In this document: piece by piece, positions 58,343-64,000 of the stretch
Layout: every line of letters starts with the position of its first letter
Numbering within the stretch: the stretch's first letter is position 1
Assembly (NCBI GenBank): GCA_951406725.2
Contig: OX597825.1
Location: 66,774,001 to 66,838,000 of the forward strand
Length of the DNA stretch: 64,000 bases
Direction of reading: 5' to 3'
Source: Octopus vulgaris
Taxonomy: Eukaryota
The notes under the pieces: model-generated
Database searches by the model: none
Told to the model about the DNA's origin: nothing
What the model saw: only the letters and a program-made list of their open reading frames with translations
Position numbers and translations under genes: made by a program

Positions 58343-59066
58343 ATTGTTCACCTTTCCAGTTTTTCATATTTCCTCATGAAAATTATAGTAGAGTTTCCAA
58401 AGAAATAAGATTACCAAATATTCCAGACTTTCGCTCGCTCATCTTCCGTGTGAAACGAAATACATGATTGTTGATACAGCTTTATTCTAGGCAGGATCGA
58501 TATGATAAACGTACGCATTACAACTAGAATTTAAATCTGGGCCTTGAGATTTACAAGTATATAGTCTTGTACTTATGGTTATTTTTCATAATTTTGTTGT
58601 TGTTTAATTTCCCATTGGACTCTGCTATGAATAACACTTTCAACATTAAGCGTCCATTTTTTTGCGTAGAATTATATATACTATGTGTTGTTTACTAATG
58701 TATTCTTCTGTGGTCTAAGTTAGTTTTGACTTTTGTGTTGTATGTACACTGCATATTAATGTAACGGCTGAAAATTCAAACTTCGAGGTTACTGTTAGCT
58801 TTGGCCCTATTTAATAACGGACATAGCAAAAAATACAAAATAAGTCCATCCAGAAGATCAAATCCTGAAAATCCAGAAATGGCAAAGTTGCATTTCCGAA
58901 GTTTACTACTGTATACAAATAAATTGCACAAACCTCATGTGTAAGTATGATAAAAAAAACCCTTAATATAATATACAATATGCATATTTTATATACAAAC
59001 ATGCATAATGACATACATACATAAATACACTACATACATACATACATACATACATACATACATACA

Positions 59067-59097
<31 letters not shown>

Positions 59098-59099
59098 GT

Positions 59100-59500
59100 C
59101 ATGTGATCAAAATCTATGGAGGATGCAGAGATTTACTAAAACAGAAATTTGGTGGAGAATTAGGTAGCATACCAGCAAAAATGAAAGAATGGGTACATAT
59201 CTAGCAAGTTATAGAATAACAACAATATTGAAAAGAAAAGTACCCTCTCTTAGACCTGTGATAAGTACATTACATCCTACTTAGAAGGATATGCTTTCAC
59301 TATCCAGGAACAGGAAATAGCTATTAAACACCTGATAAAAAAATCATACAAAACAACACCAAACCTACATTTTGTGATAGAAAGCATCATCTCTGCTATA
59401 CCAGTGTGGAGGATATAGCCATTTCATCAGCATCTAACCCATAATATCTGCGAGGCAGTACCTGACTCTGAGGCATGATGTAGTTGCAAAGACTATTTAA
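59100..59500 (+). pseudogene. Decayed RLE-type LINE fragment (RT-to-zinc-knuckle linker)
   Basis: FTIQEQEIAIKHL and RHDVVAKTI motifs. Confidence 0.45.
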
Positions 59501-59689
59501 ATCTGCCCCTCGCACACCTCTGAAGCTGGGTACTAGAATACTGAAAGGTTATCGGCTCTTGACACTTAAGCTGTTACATTACACGCAGTCACGTAAATAT
59601 ATAGGGTAAAGACCCCTTTCGGTCATGAATAACCATTGTATTGCACCTAGAACTAGTGTTTCATGGAGATTCCCGGGGCCTCCCTTTTC

Positions 59690-60420
59690 AAGACATCGGA
59701 ACATTAACTTAGAGGCAATATTCACTCTCATTTATAGATGATGGAATTAAGCGTACTAAAAAATTAGGCATTAAAACACTAAGGTAAACACAAGGTTACA
59801 CCACATCTAATCTAAAAAACTACCGTATATATCAACTCACAATCCTAGAAACAATGAGGCGTACAACACTATTATACAAAATCTACCTGTGCTCACTAGG
59901 GATCCCAAAATGAACAACATTCTGAAAATACATAAATTCGTTAAGTGCAAAAAGGAACACAAATCGATGAAAAGACTTGTGACAAATTCGAAATTTTACA
60001 CAACAACCACGAAACCAATGGTTAAAAATGTGGACGCCCAATCTGCGGAACATGCGCCAACCTGATGGAAGGCTGGGAATTTCCATTCAGACAAGGAAAG
60101 AGGTTCACAATTAAAACCAACTTCCCTTGTACTTCCGAGAATAATGTATATTATAACTTGTTCAGTTTGTGGATATAACTATATAGGACCGACAAGTATG
60201 GTACTTAGACGAAGAACCACACTACATATGGAACATATCCAGTACAGACAGATTCCTTTTAGTGAACACATAGATAGGTGTGCAGGTAATATCCAACCAA
60301 ACTTAACAGTTTTCCCCATCTACTAGTGCAAAGAAACAATTTACTAAACTGTTTTATTATTTATGATTAATTTCAGATTACAATAAGAAAATATGTTGCC
60401 CAAATTAAATATAATTTGTA
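59690..60420 (+). pseudogene. Penelope-like element remnant (linker + GIY-YIG)
   Basis: LPYISTHNPRN, CGRPICGTC, MYIITCSVCGYNYIGPTSMVLRRRTTLH..IPFSEHI; homologous to 3830-4929. Confidence 0.85.
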
Positions 60421-60589
60421 CAACACATGCACAAATATTCAACAGGTGAAGAAATACCCAGAGAGAACGATTATTGGTGGCGGGGTCTGTATCTTGGAAC
60501 TTGCTTACGTATATACTTATTCGAGAAGCTAAAATCTTAACAGAGCTCGATATTTTATCCCAGTTATTAATCCTTTTCTGTTTCTTTCT

Positions 60590-60839
60590 ATTGTTTCAGT
60601 CATTAGGACGAATGCCGTTCGAGAATATTTCTAGTCGTATGGATTAACTCGAGTCCTTATTTTTAAAACCCTGCTATTTATCCTATCACCCTCTATTGCC
60701 GAATTGCTAAGTTAATACACCATGGTCGGTTGTCAAGCACACACACATACGATCACACAGATGCACACATACACACACATACGGACACACACACACACAC
60801 GGACACACAAACACAAACACACACACACACACGCACACA

Positions 60840-60903
<64 letters not shown>

Positions 60904-61055
60904 TACGACGGGCTTCTTTCAGTTTCCGCCTACCAAATCCGTTTACAAGGCTCTGGTCGGCCCGAGGCTAAAGTAGAAAAAACATGCCCAAATTCCCGCG
61001 CAATGGGATTGAACCAGAACCACGTGTTTGAGAAAACAGCGTCTTACCACAGATT
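60590..61055 (-). mobile_element. SINE family A, diverged
   Basis: Family A match. Confidence 0.65.
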
Positions 61056-61227
61056 TTGGTAAGTTGACTCTTTATAAGCTCGTTTCCTCGAATTCTCCAG
61101 TGAATATATATGATTTACTGTGATTCTTGTGCCGTTTGGACTCTTCTTTTTAGCAATGCCGTGTTCTGTATTGTACCCTGATTATAAACTTTATATATAC
61201 ATATACATACATACATATATATATATG

Positions 61228-61264
<37 letters not shown>

Positions 61265-61269
61265 ATATA

Positions 61270-61327
<58 letters not shown>

Positions 61328-62135
61328 CATACATAAACACGTTCACTCATATATACATATGCATATATACATACGTACAGCATACATATATATACATATT
61401 TGCATCATACACACATACACCTATATACACAACGTAGATTAGCAAGAGAGTGATAACAACAGTTAGATAAGTATGAATACATGCAAGATAATTTTTCCAT
61501 TCCAGCATGCTTCTGCACGCCATTATTAACTCATACTGTGAAAGCTGTGAATGGATAGTGTTCCTAGAATGACTGAGATAAATGCCTTGTATCTTTATAG
61601 TTCCCAAACACCTTTTTGTTATGAGCTTCACACCGACTTAGGACGACCATCTCTACCGCTCATCTTTGTATTGATAGCAAAATATATCTGATAAATAGGC
61701 ACGTGGATTTCGTTAAACTATCGGTAGAAACTGATTGTATAATATATGTATTTCCTGCATCTTCATCCTCACGCACACATACATCAACATCACATCAGCA
61801 TACACATATATACATCATCATCATCATCATTATTATTATTATTATTATTATTATCATTATTATTATTATATATTATTATTATTATTATTATTATTATACA
61901 TATATGTAAGTAAGTAAGTTTATATGTTAGTATGTGAGTGTGTGTGTGTGTGTGCATTGTGAAAAAAAAACAATCCTCAACCAATAGCTGCGAGGTTATG
62001 AAGTTTGCGAATTTCGGAGTAAATTCAAACTTACTGTCATGTATAATTCATAAAGTTAGATACACTATATGAACTTAGTTTCTAAGCTACATACTAGCAA
62101 AGCACCAAAGAAACTTAAAGCTTAGATGTATAAAG

Positions 62136-62197
<62 letters not shown>

Positions 62198-62345
62198 ATA
62201 ATTAAGGGATCGGCAAAAGTTGCTTCATCACATACCGAAATTTAGAAATAGCAGTTAAATTAACATTTCTTCTACAATATATCTCCACAGACAGTAATAC
62301 ATAGGTAAAAAGAAGAAAAATAAGGAAACTAACCAGCCTTAGTTA

Positions 62346-62404
62346 ATCATGTACGCGTTTCGGGATTACAATGGTGTAAAATCCATTTCCTTCTTCAGCA
62401 TGAT
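62346..62404 (-). ncRNA. Type-I hammerhead motif, canonical core, in a ca. 250-bp element (62195-62448) between microsatellites
   Basis: ATCATG-CTGAAGA-A-GGA..TTACA(CCAT)TGTAATCC-C-GAA-ACGCGT-A-CATGAT. Confidence 0.75.
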
Positions 62405-62446
62405 ATTCCAGTGCACGAGCATATCTGATATATGGGTTTATGTCTA

Positions 62447-62497
<51 letters not shown>

Positions 62498-62609
62498 AAT
62501 ATAAGCCACTTGGTGTTAAATTGATGGTATTATTAAATTAATATCCAATTTTTTTCACCCTTATTTTTGATTATATATATATATATATATATATGGTTTA
62601 TGTCACTTA

Positions 62610-62925
62610 TTTATGTCTGCTTGTCGGCTGATTCCATCATAAAGATTGCTCTGCCGCCTTCCTTTGGCCGGCAAGGAAAGGCAATTTTCATCTGTGTCGT
62701 GGCTATAGTGAAAGAGGATGTGTGGTGGTCTAGACTGAAAGGGCTGAAGACAAATACTTTTCTCTTTAGTCTACCCTTCATCAATTTTATCAGATACCAT
62801 CTGAAATGGAAGGTGAGGGTTGAAAGAGATGGGGCGACTTCCAGCAATTTTGTTAAAAGGTGGGTGAATGTGGCGAAGATGGTCCGCCTCAAAAGGCCTA
62901 CTTTGAGCATGCACTTATGAGATTC
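62610..62925 (+). pseudogene. Possible Tx1/L1 ORF2 C-terminal fragment
   Basis: VAIVKEDVWWSR..FIRYHLKWKVRVER..FVKRW resembles Tx1-type C-terminal patterns (K..IW..R, F..RW). Confidence 0.4.
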
Positions 62926-63269
62926 CAATGCTGAGAGAGAAAGACTTTCAAACTATCAATATTATCATTATCATTATATGTTTTATGTCTTGTTATATGT
63001 TTACATCGAGAGAAAGATGGGAAGATGACTGTTGCCCTAGTGGTCGTGGCACTTGTGGATTTTTCGTGGAGTCTCCATGTGTTGCTTGCCTCTTTTAGGG
63101 ATTTTTAAAAATATTATTTTTTAATTATTATTATTAATATTATTATTATTATTATTATTAATATTGTTGTTGTTGTTCTTCTTCTTCTTGTTGTTATTAA
63201 TCATCATCATCACCATCATCATTGTTGTTGTTGCTATCATCATCATCGTCATTATTATTATTATTATTA

Positions 63270-64000
63270 TTCTATGTTTGACTTTTGCTTTATATTTGTA
63301 CAAGTTGGCTCCAAGTCTCACCCAGAGACCTCAAGAGACAACAGGGTTGGAAGTTCATGTTGTTGTTATGCCTAGTGTGCCATATATTTGGGGGTGGGGA
63401 TGTTGTACTAATGAATGTCTAAAAAAAAAAAAAAAGGTTTTTTTTTTTTTTTTTTTTTTAAACCGAAAATTATGTTTGTTTTAAACCTTGAGATTACATA
63501 GAGAGTATTTTGCGTAGGATATGAGCAGTTCCCATGAGCACTATCTTTTGAACTTCTGCCATTTTTGGGTTTCCTGGTATCTGAGTTAGGTAGCTATCAG
63601 CCCCTTTTGCTATCATTCCCAGGGCACCTATGACAACAGGTATTGTTTTAGTCTTCAGCTTCCACATTTTGCTGATTTCTATTTCAAGATCTTTATATTT
63701 GCTCAGTTTTTGGTAGGTCTTGACAGATACGTTTATATCGATTGGGACAGTCATATCAATGAGGAGGCATGTTCTTTGTTTGAAGTTTTTCAATATGATG
63801 TCTGGCCTATTTGCATCTATCTTCCTGTCAGTTTGAATGGTGAAGTTCCAGAGGAGTGAGATGTGGTCATTTTCAAGCACTGGGGGTGGTTTGTGTTCCC
63901 ACCAGTTTTTTTTCATGGGGCAAATCCAGGTTTTTACAGATTACCCAGTGAATATATTGTGCAGCTCTATCGTGCCTGTTGAGATACTCTGTAGGCGCTA
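63270..64000 (-). mobile_element. 3' end of an R4/Dong-like non-LTR retrotransposon with restriction-like endonuclease, adjoining (AAT)n
   Basis: EYLNRHDRAAQYIHW, then a +1 frameshift in the A-run at about 63910, then WNFTIQTDRKIDANRPDIIL..CLLIDMTVP..KLSKYKDL..PVVIGALG (ORF 63494-63916); 3' UTR runs into (AAT)n. Confidence 0.9.

Noticed and set aside
60440-60510. GTGAAGA..GGAAC downstream of the PLE GIY-YIG remnant (similar at about 13555-13632 on the minus strand)
   Set aside because: The position fits a pLTR hammerhead, but the core and helices are too decayed to call.

Overview
AT-rich, repeat-saturated eukaryotic non-coding DNA. The SINE families and microsatellite load suggest an octopod cephalopod, but that is an inference. 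I find no host gene or exon I can support, and almost all ORFs in the supplied track are microsatellite or SINE artefacts. The window contains: (i) dozens of tRNA-derived SINE copies of about 4 families, several with clean target-site duplications (TSDs); (ii) retroelement remnants: a Tx1/L1-clade RT fragment inside a (TATC)n tract, R4/Dong-like RLE-LINE pieces next to (AAT)n, and Penelope-like (PLE) RT/GIY-YIG remnants; (iii) DNA-transposon remnants (MULE, Tc1/mariner, hAT MITE, Helentron-type HINE). The most striking hidden signal is about 11 minimal type-I hammerhead ribozyme (HHR) motifs. They belong to at least 8 unrelated short non-coding families, most inserted in (TA)n tracts. All have a palindromic stem III, the helices covary between families, and several carry unusual core variants (U3-A8, C4, U6). 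This looks like a diverse PLE-dependent retrozyme-like system. A second notable point is that the 3' tail of the commonest SINE matches the 3' end of the Tx1-clade LINE in the same window.
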